Positions 20,984-30,832 of a DNA stretch of 64,000 bases are shown piece after piece. Position 1 is the first letter of the stretch; each line of letters opens with the position of its first letter. The stretch covers positions 351,876-415,875 of the forward strand of contig CAWKPB010000007.1 of assembly GCA_963851405.1 (NCBI GenBank). The letters are read 5' to 3'. The notes beneath the pieces are model-generated. The model searched no databases and was not told where the DNA came from. It saw only the letters and a list, made by a program, of their open reading frames with translations. A program made the position numbers and the translations under genes. The DNA comes from an uncultured Actinomycetota bacterium. Its GTDB lineage: Bacteria; Actinomycetota; Actinomycetes; DATJPE01.

Positions 20984-21793
20984 ATGTCCGACGCGGTACA
21001 GGTGCCCACGGCGCGGATCGCGTTGTCCAGTGGATCGGTCTACCCCGAGTCCCCGGCGGCCGCGTTCGAACTGGCCGCACGACTGGGGTACGACGGCATC
21101 GAGCTCCTGGTGTTCTCCGACCCGGTCTCCCAAGACGTGGAAGCGGTACGGCGCCTGTCGGATCACTACGGCGTCCCCGTACTCGCCGTACACGCGCCAT
21201 GCCTGATCATCACCCGGCGCGTGTGGGGCACCGACCCGTGGTTGAAGCTCGAGAAGAGCAAGGACGCCGCGGAACGACTCGGGGCCTCGACGGTCGTCGT
21301 ACACCCGCCGTTTCGATGGCAGCGCGACTACGCCCGGCAGTTTGTCGAAGGCGTGGCGCGGATGAAGGAAGCCACCGACGTGGTCTTCGCGGTGGAGAAC
21401 ATGTTTCCGTGGCGGGCCCGCGCCCGGGAGCTGCAGGCCTATGCCCCGGCCTGGGACCCCACCGATGACGACTACGACCACCTGACCCTGGACCTGTCCC
21501 ACACCGCCGTCTCCGGCTCCGACGCCATCGCCATGGCCACCGGATTCGGCGACCGGCTGGCGCACCTGCACCTCGCTGACGGCAGCGGTTCGGCCCGAGA
21601 CGAACATCTGGTGCCCGGGCGCGGAACGCAGCCCTGCGCCCAGATGCTGGAACGGCTCGCGTCGCAAGGCTTCGCCGGCACGGTGGTGGTCGAAGTGTCG
21701 ACACGCAAGGCGATCAGCCCGGCTCAGCGCGAGGCCGATCTCGCCGAAGCCCTGGCCTTCGCCCGCCTCAACTTGGCGAGCGCCGCCCCATGA
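20984..21793 (+). CDS. sugar phosphate isomerase/epimerase (xylose-isomerase-like TIM barrel)
   Basis: [21 protein letters not shown] and HLHLADGSG are typical AP-endo2/TIM motifs. Confidence 0.75.
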   Translation: MSDAVQVPTARIALSSGSVYPESPAAAFELAARLGYDGIELLVFSDPVSQDVEAVRRLSDHYGVPVLAVHAPCLIITRRVWGTDPWLKLEKSKDAAERLGASTVVVHPPFRWQRDYARQFVEGVARMKEATDVVFAVENMFPWRARARELQAYAPAWDPTDDDYDHLTLDLSHTAVSGSDAIAMATGFGDRLAHLHLADGSGSARDEHLVPGRGTQPCAQMLERLASQGFAGTVVVEVSTRKAISPAQREADLAEALAFARLNLASAAP

Positions 21794-22539
21794 GCGATCC
21801 CGCAACCCCGTTCGCGGGCCACGATCAAAGCCCCGCGATCCGGACGCGGGCGCTGCGCGTGGTGCGTGGCGGGCGTCCTGTTCTTGCGTCCCTCGACGTG
21901 TCCGTCCCACGCGGACAGGTCACGGGGTTGCTGGGGCCGAGCGGGTGCGGCAAGTCCACGTTCATGCGGGCCGTCGTCGGTGCGCAGATCGTGGCGAGCG
22001 GGACGATCGAGGTGCTCGGCCTACCCGCGGGCAGCCCGGCCGCCCGTCAACGGGTGGCCTACCTGACCCAAGAACGAGGCGTCTACGCCGACCTGTCGGT
22101 ACGGGAGAACCTCGCGTACTTCGCGGCGATGCTCAGCGCGCCTCGCACCGATGTGGACCGGGTGCTCGAGGAGGTCGACCTCACCGATCACGCGGACTCG
22201 CTGGTCAGTCGGCTGTCCGGGGGCCAGGCTAGCCGGGCTTCCCTGGCGACGGCGCTGCTCGGGTCGCCCGAACTGCTGGTCCTCGACGAACCCACGGTCG
22301 GCCTGGATCCGGTGCTCCGACGTGAGCTCTGGACGCTGTTCCGACGACTCAGCGACGGCGGCGCGACGTTGCTCGTGTCAAGCCACGTCATGGACGAGGC
22401 CGAGCGCTGCGACCGGCTGCTCCTCATGCGAGACGGCGTGTTCCTGGCCGACACCACGCTGCCGGAGCTGCTTGAGCAAACGGGCACTCCCGACGTCGAG
22501 TCCGCCTTCCTCAGCCTGATTGACGGGGACGCGGCATGA
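21790..22539 (+). CDS. ABC transporter ATP-binding protein
   Basis: Walker [10 protein letters not shown], signature LSGGQASR, Walker [13 protein letters not shown] overlap with the upstream gene. Confidence 0.9.
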   Translation: MSDPATPFAGHDQSPAIRTRALRVVRGGRPVLASLDVSVPRGQVTGLLGPSGCGKSTFMRAVVGAQIVASGTIEVLGLPAGSPAARQRVAYLTQERGVYADLSVRENLAYFAAMLSAPRTDVDRVLEEVDLTDHADSLVSRLSGGQASRASLATALLGSPELLVLDEPTVGLDPVLRRELWTLFRRLSDGGATLLVSSHVMDEAERCDRLLLMRDGVFLADTTLPELLEQTGTPDVESAFLSLIDGDAA

Positions 22540-23273
22540 GTTGGGCGCGCATGCGCGCGACCGCGGCCAGGGTCCTGCGCCAACTTCGCCACGACCCGCG
22601 CACCGTGGCTTTGATGCTGATCGTTCCCTGCGCTCTGTTGGCGCTGCTGTGGTGGGTGCTGATCGACTATCCCAACGCCTTCAGCCAAAACGCCCCGGCG
22701 CTGCTGGCGATCTTCCCGCTGATCAGCATGTTCCTCATCACCAGCATCGCAACGCTGCGCGAACGGTCCTCCGGCACGCTCGAGCGGCTGCTCACGATGC
22801 CGATGGGAAAGGCCGAGTTCCTGGGTGGCTACGGACTCGCGTTCGGGGCCGCGGCGACCCTGCAGGCGACCCTTGCGAGCGCTCTGGCGCTCGGGCCGCT
22901 GGGGATGGAGGTGCAGGGACGCCCCTGGCAGGTCGTGGGCGTGGCCATCCTGGTGGCCCTGCTGGGGACGAGCCTCGGCCTTTTCGTGAGTGCTTTCGCG
23001 CAGACGGAGTTCCAGGCGGTGCAGTTCATGCCCGCGCTGATCCTGCCGCAGCTCCTCCTGTGCGGCCTGATCATCCCGGTCGACCGCCTCCCGACCTTCC
23101 TCGAGTTCGTAGCCCGCTTGCTGCCGCTCACCTACGCCGTCGACGCCATGCAGTTGCTGGCGCAGAGCAGCGCCTTCGCGGGCGAGCTCTTGCGGGACGT
23201 CCTCGTCCTCGTGGGGTTCACCGTTGGCCTGCTGATCCTTGGGGCCGGCACGCTCCGCCGCCGTACCGCCTAG
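22536..23273 (+). CDS. ABC-2 type transporter permease
   Basis: 6-TM-like protein. ATGA overlap with the ATPase gene. Confidence 0.85.
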   Translation: MSWARMRATAARVLRQLRHDPRTVALMLIVPCALLALLWWVLIDYPNAFSQNAPALLAIFPLISMFLITSIATLRERSSGTLERLLTMPMGKAEFLGGYGLAFGAAATLQATLASALALGPLGMEVQGRPWQVVGVAILVALLGTSLGLFVSAFAQTEFQAVQFMPALILPQLLLCGLIIPVDRLPTFLEFVARLLPLTYAVDAMQLLAQSSAFAGELLRDVLVLVGFTVGLLILGAGTLRRRTA

Positions 23274-23318
23274 ACCTCACCCCGGGCTCCGCACTCGCAC
23301 CCTCAAGCCCGATGGAGG

Positions 23319-23426
23319 CCGAGGTTGGCCGGCGAAGTGGGGAGTCGGCCGTGGCTGGGGCTGACGGGAGGCCCCGCGCAGCGGGGCCGGATGGAGACCG
23401 ACGGACGATTCGCCGGCCAACCTCGG
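23319..23426. repeat. 108-bp hairpin element (G-type) with perfect 18-bp arms
   Basis: CCGAGGTTGGCCGGCGAA (23319-23336) pairs with TTCGCCGGCCAACCTCGG (23409-23426). Lies between convergent genes. Confidence 0.75.
23370..23388. terminator. GC hairpin inside the G-type element (possible bidirectional terminator)
   Basis: GGCCCCGC-GCA-GCGGGGCC, a perfect 8-bp stem. No T-tract. Confidence 0.35.
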
Positions 23427-23458
23427 ACGGGGGCCGACGGCGCCAGCGCACCCTAGGG

Positions 23459-24046
23459 CTAGAGCGAGAACCCCGGCGGTGTCACCAGCTCGGGGTTGGC
23501 GTGCTCGAACGCGCGGGCGCTGGCCAGGTCGTGGACCCAGTCGTAGTACAGCTCCTTCGCGGAGATCAGCGCGATGCCCTCCTGCGCCAACCTCTTGAGT
23601 CCATGGTCATGAGCGGCGCCCGCGGAGAACACCGCATCGCGCACCACCACAGCCGTTAGGCCGAGCGCCGCGAAGCCCAGCGCCGACTGCGCCACGCACA
23701 CATCGGTCTCCATGCCTAGGAGAACCACCGTGCGGCGGCTGGATACCCGTACGGCTTCGGCGATCGGCGAATTGTCCGCCGCGCCGAACACGGTCTTGTC
23801 GAACACCTGCGCGCCTTGGGGCAGTCGAGCCCGGATTTGCGCGGCCGTCGGGCCGTTGGTCGCAGCGTCCTCCTCGGTGACCACCACTGGCACGTCGAGC
23901 GCGTCGGCGACGCCGCACACCCAGGCGACGACGTCGAGCGCAGCCTCCTTGGCCCGCTGGTCCACGTCGGTGCGCTCGCGCGGATAGAAGTCGGTTTGGG
24001 CGTCGACGACCAGGAGCAGGCTGTCGGTGGCGTCGATGAGCGGCAT
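23459..24046 (-). CDS. isochorismatase-family cysteine hydrolase
   Basis: LLVVDAQTDF and LLGMETDVCVAQSA (catalytic Cys context). Confidence 0.8.
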   Translation of the reverse strand: MPLIDATDSLLLVVDAQTDFYPRERTDVDQRAKEAALDVVAWVCGVADALDVPVVVTEEDAATNGPTAAQIRARLPQGAQVFDKTVFGAADNSPIAEAVRVSSRRTVVLLGMETDVCVAQSALGFAALGLTAVVVRDAVFSAGAAHDHGLKRLAQEGIALISAKELYYDWVHDLASARAFEHANPELVTPPGFSL

Positions 24047-24144
24047 CGGGACTCCGGCGGTGACGTGGCCAGGCTGCGGTGGACCATCATCGCAGGGAGT
24101 GACCGGGCCTCTAGACTCGCGGCGACCGAAGAGGAGACCTCCCC

Positions 24145-25074
24145 GTGATCCGACGGACCTTGCTGAGTGCGAGCCGCAGTGAGCGGCTCAAGCACCTCGC
24201 GGCTGGCGCCCCCGTGAGCCGCAACGTGGTCCGCAGGTTTGTTGCGGGCGAGACGGCCGGGGAAGCCGTCGCCGTTGCCGGAGCGCTCATCGCGGAGGGT
24301 CGGCTAGCGTCCCTCGACCACCTCGGCGAGGACACCCTCGACGCGAGCCAGGCAGACACCACCCGAGCGGCATACATCGACGTGCTCGAGGCCCTGAGCG
24401 AAGCCGGCCTCACCGACGGGACCGAGGTTTCGGTCAAGCTCTCCGCCATGGGCCAGGCGCTGCCGGGCGATGGCGAGAAGGTGGCCCTCGACAATGTGCG
24501 TCAGATCTGCGCCACGGCCGACCGGGTCGGAACGACGGTGACCCTGGACATGGAAGACCACACGACGGTCGACTCGACGCTGGGGATCCTCGCCGAGCTG
24601 CGCCAGGACTTCCCGCAGACCGGAGCCGTCCTCCAGTCCTATCTGTTTCGTACCGAAGCCGACTGCCGAGACCTCGCCCATGAGGGATCACGGATCCGGT
24701 TGTGCAAGGGCGCCTACAAGGAGCCGGAGTCTGTGGCCTGGCAGGACAAGTCCGACGTGGACCGGTCGTACGTGCGCTGCCTCAAGATCCTGATGGGTGG
24801 CGGCGGTTACCCGATGGTGGCCACCCACGATCCGCGGCTGGTCGAGATCGCTGGCGCGTTGGCCATTCGCCACGAGCGCGAGCAAGGATCGTACGAGTAT
24901 CAAATGCTCTACGGGGTGCGCCCCTCGGAGCAGCGCCGATTGGCGGCGGAGGGGGAGAAGATGCGCGTGTACGTGCCCTACGGCGATGAGTGGTACGCCT
25001 ACCTAGTCCGACGGATGGCCGAGAAACCAGCCAACCTGGCGCTGTTCCTGCGCGCGGTCTCGAGCCGAGGATGA
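24145..25074 (+). CDS. proline dehydrogenase (monofunctional PutA-like)
   Basis: VSVKLSAMG, VTLDMEDH, RLCKGAYKEP, VATHDPRLV, YEYQMLYGVR, YVPYGDEWYAYLVRRMAE. GTG start. Confidence 0.85.
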   Translation: MIRRTLLSASRSERLKHLAAGAPVSRNVVRRFVAGETAGEAVAVAGALIAEGRLASLDHLGEDTLDASQADTTRAAYIDVLEALSEAGLTDGTEVSVKLSAMGQALPGDGEKVALDNVRQICATADRVGTTVTLDMEDHTTVDSTLGILAELRQDFPQTGAVLQSYLFRTEADCRDLAHEGSRIRLCKGAYKEPESVAWQDKSDVDRSYVRCLKILMGGGGYPMVATHDPRLVEIAGALAIRHEREQGSYEYQMLYGVRPSEQRRLAAEGEKMRVYVPYGDEWYAYLVRRMAEKPANLALFLRAVSSRG

Positions 25075-25874
25075 GCGGGCGTACGGCGGTGTTCGGCGCC
25101 GGCGTGATGGGGGAAGCGCTGCTTTCCGGACTGCTTCGCTCCGGCATTCGGCCCGAAGACCTGGTGATCACCGAGCGCCGCGACGACCGGGCCAAGGAAC
25201 TCCAGGACCGTTACGGGGTCGAGGTTCTCGACAACGTCGCAGCGGCCGAGGTCGCGGACACGCTGGTGCTCGTCGTGAAGCCGCAAGACATGGCCGCCTT
25301 GATCGCAGAGATCAAGCCCGCGATGCGCCCGGGTGCGTTGCTCGTCTCCCTGGCCGCGGGAATCACGACGGACTTCCTCGAGGAGCAGCTGCCCCAAGGG
25401 ACTCCCGTGGTCCGGGTCATGCCCAATACCCCGGCGCTGGTCGACGAGGGGATGGCGGCCATCTCCGGTGGGCGCCATTGCGATGAGGCGCATCTGGCCG
25501 AAGCCGAATCGCTGCTGCGCGCCGTAGGTCGGGTCGTACGGGTGCCCGAGAAGCACCAGGACGCGGTGACTGCGATCAGCGGGTCCGGGCCGGCGTACAT
25601 CTTCTACGTCGTTGAAGCCATGATCGAGGCGGGTGTTCTGCTCGGGCTGCCTCGTTCGACGTCCAACGAGTTGGTCGTGCAGACGCTGGTGGGTGCGGCC
25701 AAGATGTTGCAGGAGACCGGGGAGCATCCGACGGTGCTGCGCGAGAACGTCACCTCGCCCGCGGGCACCACGGTGGCTGCCCTTCGGCAGCTCGATGACC
25801 ACAAGGTTCGGGCCGCGTTCCTGTCCGCCATGGAGGCGGCGCGGGATCGGTCGCGCGAGCTGGCGGACGGCTGA
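25071..25874 (+). CDS. proC: pyrroline-5-carboxylate reductase
   Basis: ATGA overlap with the PRODH gene. VFGAGVMGEALLSGL Rossmann motif, RVMPNTPALV, TSPAGTTVAAL. Confidence 0.9.
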   Translation: MSGRTAVFGAGVMGEALLSGLLRSGIRPEDLVITERRDDRAKELQDRYGVEVLDNVAAAEVADTLVLVVKPQDMAALIAEIKPAMRPGALLVSLAAGITTDFLEEQLPQGTPVVRVMPNTPALVDEGMAAISGGRHCDEAHLAEAESLLRAVGRVVRVPEKHQDAVTAISGSGPAYIFYVVEAMIEAGVLLGLPRSTSNELVVQTLVGAAKMLQETGEHPTVLRENVTSPAGTTVAALRQLDDHKVRAAFLSAMEAARDRSRELADG

Positions 25875-25910
25875 GTCGCAGCCCGCTCCGGGCGAACCTA
25901 CGATTGGGTT

Positions 25911-27284
25911 GTGCTTCCCCGGTCTTCGACTTCCCCGACTGTCGCTGCGCGCTCCCTTCCGTGGCTGGGTCTCGCCGTGGTCGTGGCGCTGGCGGTGAGC
26001 GGTTGCTCGGGCGATGAGGCTCCGGCCGTGGAGACAGCTCCCGTGGGGCGCGGCACGGTCACGGAGTACGTCGAGGCGCCAGCGGTCATCACCGCGCGGG
26101 CGAGCTCGACGGTGACGGCCACGGCCTCCGGCCGGATTGCGTCCATCGAGGTGAGGGACGGGCAACGCGTGCGGCGGGGCAAGGTGCTCATCGTCGTGAA
26201 GTCGCCGTCGGCGCAGAAGGCCTTGCGCCAAGCCAGCGCGGCCGACGCCCAAGCCGCGTCCGCCGGAAATGTGAGCCTCCCGCGCACGAGCATCGCCGCC
26301 TCCCAGAGCCAGGCAGACGCGGCCGCCGCGTCGGCGTTCGCCACTGCGCGTGACGCGGCTCGAGCCATCCCGATCGCCGCCGCCCGCCAGCGGGCCCTCG
26401 CCCAGATCGCGCGGGCCCAGGCGGCGTATGCCGCTGCGCGTGCCCAGGGCCAGCAGGCCACGTCCAACCTCAACCAGGGCGTCGCGGCCCTCGAACGTTC
26501 GCTGTCCAACCTTGCGGGGATCCAGCGCCAGCAGACGAAGGCCGCGCTCGCAGCCGCGCAGGCCACGGTCGACGGGCTGATCATTCGCGCTCCCGTGGGC
26601 GGCCGGGTCCAGCTCGGGGGCGTCCCGGCCGCGGGGGGCTCGGACCTGTCCAGCCTCGTGGGGTCCTTGCCGGAGTCGCTGCAGGGCAGCGCCTCCTCGT
26701 TGCTGGGCGGCTCAGATGGAAACGAGTCGACCGCGGGGACGCTGACCGTAGGGGCACCCGTTTCGGCGGGCTCCACGGTGGCGACGGTCACCGACGTGTC
26801 GGTCCTGTCGGCCTCGGCCTTGGTTGATGAGACCGACATCCTGCTCGTAGAACCCGGAGTGGGTGCCGACATCGAGCTCGATGCCGTCCCCGATGCCTCC
26901 TACGCGGGCGTTGTCCGGACCATCAATCAGCAACCGACCGCGAGCAGTCGCGGCGGGGTGGCCTACACGGTGGTGCTGTCTTTCCGCGGAGGAACGATGA
27001 GCGATGGAGGTCCGGCGCCACGCCCACGCCCCGGCATGTCCGCCGTTGCGCGGCTCCAGGTCCGGGAGGCCGTAGGGGTCGTTGCCGTTCCAGCCGCTGC
27101 GGTGTTCCGAGACACCGTGGGTGACGCAGTGTGGGTGGTGGACGGGGGCGTCATCGAACGCCGCGCGGTCACGCTCGGCGCGCAAGGCGCAGACACCATC
27201 GAAGTGTCCGACGGCCTGGCCGAAGGAGAGGTTGTCGTCGTCCGCGGGGCCGATCAGGTGCGTGACGGGCAGAGCCTCCCGTGA
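25911..27284 (+). CDS. efflux transporter periplasmic adaptor (HlyD/MacA-like) lipoprotein
   Basis: Lipobox LAVSGC, biotinyl-lipoyl-like GRIASIEVRDGQRVRRGKVLIVV, Ala/Gln-rich coiled coil, and a C-terminal beta-barrel-like region. Confidence 0.7.
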   Translation: MLPRSSTSPTVAARSLPWLGLAVVVALAVSGCSGDEAPAVETAPVGRGTVTEYVEAPAVITARASSTVTATASGRIASIEVRDGQRVRRGKVLIVVKSPSAQKALRQASAADAQAASAGNVSLPRTSIAASQSQADAAAASAFATARDAARAIPIAAARQRALAQIARAQAAYAAARAQGQQATSNLNQGVAALERSLSNLAGIQRQQTKAALAAAQATVDGLIIRAPVGGRVQLGGVPAAGGSDLSSLVGSLPESLQGSASSLLGGSDGNESTAGTLTVGAPVSAGSTVATVTDVSVLSASALVDETDILLVEPGVGADIELDAVPDASYAGVVRTINQQPTASSRGGVAYTVVLSFRGGTMSDGGPAPRPRPGMSAVARLQVREAVGVVAVPAAAVFRDTVGDAVWVVDGGVIERRAVTLGAQGADTIEVSDGLAEGEVVVVRGADQVRDGQSLP

Positions 27285-28015
27285 CGTCAACGCCCGCGCT
27301 CGAAGCGGTGGGCGTCACCCGCACCTATCACCTCGATGGCGTCGTGGTCGAAGCCCTCCGGGGGGTTTCGTTGGCCGTTGAACCCGGGGAGTACGCAGCC
27401 GTCATCGGCCCCTCTGGCTCTGGCAAGTCCACGCTGATGCACCTGTTTGGCTGCCTGGACCGGCCGACGACGGGGAGTTTGCGCGTCGATGGCAGAGAGA
27501 TCGGCACCCTGAACGATGCGGAACTGGCGCAATTGCGCAACGCGGCCATCGGTTTCGTCTTCCAGTCCTTCCAGTTGCTGTCGCGGACCAGCGCGGTGGA
27601 CAACGTGGCCTTGCCTTTGGTCTATCGCGGGGTGGGGCGCCGTGAACGCAAGGAGCGGGCCATCGAGGCGCTCGAGGCCGTAGGTCTGGGCCACCGCCTC
27701 AGCCACCGTCCCGCCCAGATGTCAGGAGGGGAACAGCAGCGCGTCGCCATCGCCCGGGCGCTCGTGGGTCGACCGCGGCTGCTGCTCGCCGATGAACCGA
27801 CCGGAAACCTCGACACGGCCAACGGCGCCGAAGTCATGGCGATCCTCGAAGGCCTCAATGCCGACCAAGGCGTCGCAGTTGTGCTCGTGACCCATGACCA
27901 CGAAATCGCCGGTCGGGCTCGTCGGCAGATTCGGATGCGGGATGGACTGATCGAGTCCGACACCGGTGCTCGACCAGCGACGCCCTTCGAACCCGTCACT
28001 GGCCCCACGGCATGA
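27281..28015 (+). CDS. MacB-type ABC transporter ATP-binding protein
   Basis: GPSGSGKST, MSGGEQQRVAIARAL, LLLADEPTGNLD. Confidence 0.9.
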   Translation: MTSTPALEAVGVTRTYHLDGVVVEALRGVSLAVEPGEYAAVIGPSGSGKSTLMHLFGCLDRPTTGSLRVDGREIGTLNDAELAQLRNAAIGFVFQSFQLLSRTSAVDNVALPLVYRGVGRRERKERAIEALEAVGLGHRLSHRPAQMSGGEQQRVAIARALVGRPRLLLADEPTGNLDTANGAEVMAILEGLNADQGVAVVLVTHDHEIAGRARRQIRMRDGLIESDTGARPATPFEPVTGPTA

Positions 28016-29196
28016 AACTGGGCGAGGGCCTTCGAGTGGCCCTGGATGCCTTGCGGGCGAATCGGTTGCGCAGCCTGCTCACCATGTTGGGCGTCATCAT
28101 CGGCGTCGCGGCTGTCGTCACCTTGGTGGCCATCGGGTCCGGCGCCAAGCGTGAAGTCGAGAATCAGGTGCAGGGTTTGGGGTCCAACCTGATCCTGGTG
28201 CTCCCCGGGCAGTTCGACTTCGGCTCCGCCCCCACCCTGAGCCGGCTGCAGCTGGAGGACGTCGACTACGTCGGCCGCGTGATCGGCAATCCGCAGGCGG
28301 TCGCAACGACGGTCTCTTCGGGCGAGGAGATCAGCGTTGGCTCCACCAGCATGTTCGCCACGGTCGCGGGCACCAACGAGAACATCCCCAACGTCTTTGA
28401 TCGCCCGTTGGCCAAGGGCAGCTATCTGACCTCAGGTGACGTCGATGCTCGGCGACGCGTGGTCGTGCTCGGGTCCGGGGTTGCCGACACCCTGTTCGGA
28501 GACGTCGACCCCTTGGGCCGTCAGGTCTCGGTCGCCGGTGTGCGGTTCCGGGTGATCGGGGTGTTCGAAGAGGTCGGCTCCACCTTCGGGGTGGACCGTG
28601 ATGGTGAGGTCCATGTCCCAGTGACCGCGGCTCAGCGGCTGTTCGGCGTCGACCGGATCGACGCATTGGCGGTCAAGGCGCCCACGCTGGACTCCATCGA
28701 GCCGCTGCAGGCCCGGATCGTCGACTCGCTGGAGGAGAAGTACCCCGGCGACACGTTCTCTGCCGTGACCCAGACTCAGATCCTGGGGACCATCGGGACG
28801 ATCCTCGGTCTGCTGACTTTGGTCCTGGCCGCCATCGCTGGGATCTCGTTGCTCGTGGGCGGTGTCGGCGTCTCCAACATCATGTTGGTCTCGGTCCGTG
28901 AGCGAACTCGAGAGATCGGCCTGCGCATGGCGTTGGGCGCACGGCAGCGCGACATCACCGTTCAGTTTTTGATCGAGGCTGTGTTGCTCACAACCATCGG
29001 TGGACTGATCGGGATGGGGCTCGGCATCGGGGTCTCCTTGCTGGTCAACGCCTTGTCGCCGATCCCCGCGGTCATCGCCTGGTGGTCCGTGGTGCTCGCG
29101 TTCGTCGTCTCCGCATCCGTGGGCGTCTTCTTCGGCGTCTTTCCGGCACGGCGCGCGGGGCGTCTCGACCCGGTGGTCGCACTTCGCACCGAATGA
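28012..29196 (+). CDS. ABC transporter permease (FtsX/MacB family)
   Basis: N-terminal TM helix, large periplasmic domain, then a C-terminal FtsX-like 3-TM bundle (ERTREIGLRMALGA). Confidence 0.85.
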   Translation: MKLGEGLRVALDALRANRLRSLLTMLGVIIGVAAVVTLVAIGSGAKREVENQVQGLGSNLILVLPGQFDFGSAPTLSRLQLEDVDYVGRVIGNPQAVATTVSSGEEISVGSTSMFATVAGTNENIPNVFDRPLAKGSYLTSGDVDARRRVVVLGSGVADTLFGDVDPLGRQVSVAGVRFRVIGVFEEVGSTFGVDRDGEVHVPVTAAQRLFGVDRIDALAVKAPTLDSIEPLQARIVDSLEEKYPGDTFSAVTQTQILGTIGTILGLLTLVLAAIAGISLLVGGVGVSNIMLVSVRERTREIGLRMALGARQRDITVQFLIEAVLLTTIGGLIGMGLGIGVSLLVNALSPIPAVIAWWSVVLAFVVSASVGVFFGVFPARRAGRLDPVVALRTE

Positions 29197-29217
29197 GCGC
29201 CCGATAGCGTCGAGATC

Positions 29218-30402
29218 ATGAGTGAGCGCGTCGTCTTCGTATGGGACGAGTCGTTGGCGGCCTACGACTTCGGGCCCACGCACCCGCTCGCGCCGATCCG
29301 AGTTCAGTTGGCGGTGCAACTTGCCCGCTCACTGAACCTGCTGGACGACGTCACCGAGGTGCTCGCTCCGATGGCCGAGACCAGGGACCTCGCCCGGATC
29401 CACTCGCCGGTCTATCTGCAAGCCGTACGGCGGGCTGACGTGGCTGGCCGTGGGTATCAAGACCTGCCGTTCGGTTTGGGCACGCCCGATGTGCCGGTGT
29501 TTCGCGGCATGCACGAGGCGTCGGCGCATGTGGCCGGAGCCACGCTCGAAGCCGTACGCACGGTCGTCGAGGGGACCGCCGACCACGCGGTGAACCTGGC
29601 GGGTGGGCTGCATCATGCGATGCCTTCGGCCGCTTCGGGTTTCTGCGTCTACAACGATCCGGCCGTGGCCATCGCGTGGGCTCTCGAGCAGGGCGTCGAC
29701 CGGGTCGCATACGTCGATATCGACGTCCACCACGGAGATGGGGTCGAGCGCGCTTTTTGGGATGACCCGCGGGTGCTGACGATCTCCGTGCACGAGGGCC
29801 CAAGGACGTTGTTTCCCGGAACTGGGTGGCCGACCGATGTAGGCGGCCCCGGCGCGGAGGGTTCGGCCGTCAACGTGGCCCTCCCGCCGATGACGGGAGA
29901 CGACGCATGGTTGCGAGCCTTCAATGCCGTGGTGCCCCATGTCCTTGGCCAGTTCCGCCCCCAGCTGTTGGTCACCCAGAACGGCTGTGACTCGCACGCG
30001 TTGGACCCGTTGGCTCATTTGGCCCTGAGCGTTGATGGTCAGCGGGCGAGTTATCGAGCCCTGCACGACCTCGCCCACCGGCATGCCGACGGTCGTTGGG
30101 TTGCGGTCGGAGGCGGCGGGTACGCCATCGTGGACGTGGTGCCACGCGCCTGGGCGCATCTGGTGGGCGAAGTGGTCGGTCGCCCCGTCGACGCGCAGAC
30201 GGCGTTGCCGGAGGAGTGGCGGGAGATGGCCCACCATCGCTTGGGCCACAAGGGATTGCCCTTGATGACCGATGGGCGGGAGCCTGATCCGCGGCCGTGG
30301 GCGGACGGCTGGGATGTCGACGATCCAGTGGATCGTGCGGTGATGGCCACGCGAAGCGCGGTTTTCCCTCTCCATGGACTCGACCCCCTGCGGGATCTGT
30401 AA
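29218..30402 (+). CDS. acetoin-utilisation AcuC / histone-deacetylase-family protein
   Basis: GGLHHAM, DIDVHHGDGVE, GGGGY: class I/II HDAC zinc-site motifs. Confidence 0.85.
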   Translation: MSERVVFVWDESLAAYDFGPTHPLAPIRVQLAVQLARSLNLLDDVTEVLAPMAETRDLARIHSPVYLQAVRRADVAGRGYQDLPFGLGTPDVPVFRGMHEASAHVAGATLEAVRTVVEGTADHAVNLAGGLHHAMPSAASGFCVYNDPAVAIAWALEQGVDRVAYVDIDVHHGDGVERAFWDDPRVLTISVHEGPRTLFPGTGWPTDVGGPGAEGSAVNVALPPMTGDDAWLRAFNAVVPHVLGQFRPQLLVTQNGCDSHALDPLAHLALSVDGQRASYRALHDLAHRHADGRWVAVGGGGYAIVDVVPRAWAHLVGEVVGRPVDAQTALPEEWREMAHHRLGHKGLPLMTDGREPDPRPWADGWDVDDPVDRAVMATRSAVFPLHGLDPLRDL

Positions 30403-30493
30403 CGCGGGAGGTCGTCGCGCCGTTTCCGCGGCGTTCCACGAAGTTTGGGGGTTCAGGTGCGCCGATCGAAGGACGTCACTACGCTCTCAGACC

Positions 30494-30700
30494 ATGGCAG
30501 AAGGTTTGGAGCGACCGCTCTCTGAGGTTCGCTTCCTGACGGTGGCGGAAGTTGCCGCCGCTATGCGCGTCTCGAAGATGACTGTGTACCGGCTGGTGCA
30601 CTCCGGTGAGTTGCCCGCTGTACAGGTCGGACGCTCGTATCGCGTCCCTGAACAAGCGGTGTCCGACTACCTGCGTGACTCGTTCATCGAAGCCGGCTGA
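30494..30700 (+). CDS. excisionase-type helix-turn-helix DNA-binding protein (Rv0500A-like)
   Basis: LTVAEVAAAMRVSKMTVYRLVHSGELPAVQVGRSYRV. Conserved position upstream of the bS22 gene. Confidence 0.75.
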   Translation: MAEGLERPLSEVRFLTVAEVAAAMRVSKMTVYRLVHSGELPAVQVGRSYRVPEQAVSDYLRDSFIEAG

Positions 30701-30832
30701 GCCACCTGCCGCCCGGGCCGGGTACCCTGAGGCGTCCGATCAGCGTCGTGTCTTCCTGGGCACGATCTACTGACAGATCGCGGGCCCACCCCTCGCGTCC
30801 GTCCTGAGCAGAAGACCTCGAGGTATACATCC

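Noticed and set aside
30494-30700. Excisionase-family HTH gene as a sign of a prophage or integrative element.
   Set aside because: There is no integrase, att-like duplication or phage gene nearby. The gene sits in the conserved proC...HTH-bS22-galE2-like context seen in mycobacteria (Rv0500A).
30701-30832. C-rich loop hairpin (CGCGGGCCCACCCCTCGCG) upstream of bS22 as a 6C-type sRNA.
   Set aside because: There is only a single short 4-bp stem, whereas 6C RNAs have two C-rich stem-loops. The evidence is insufficient.
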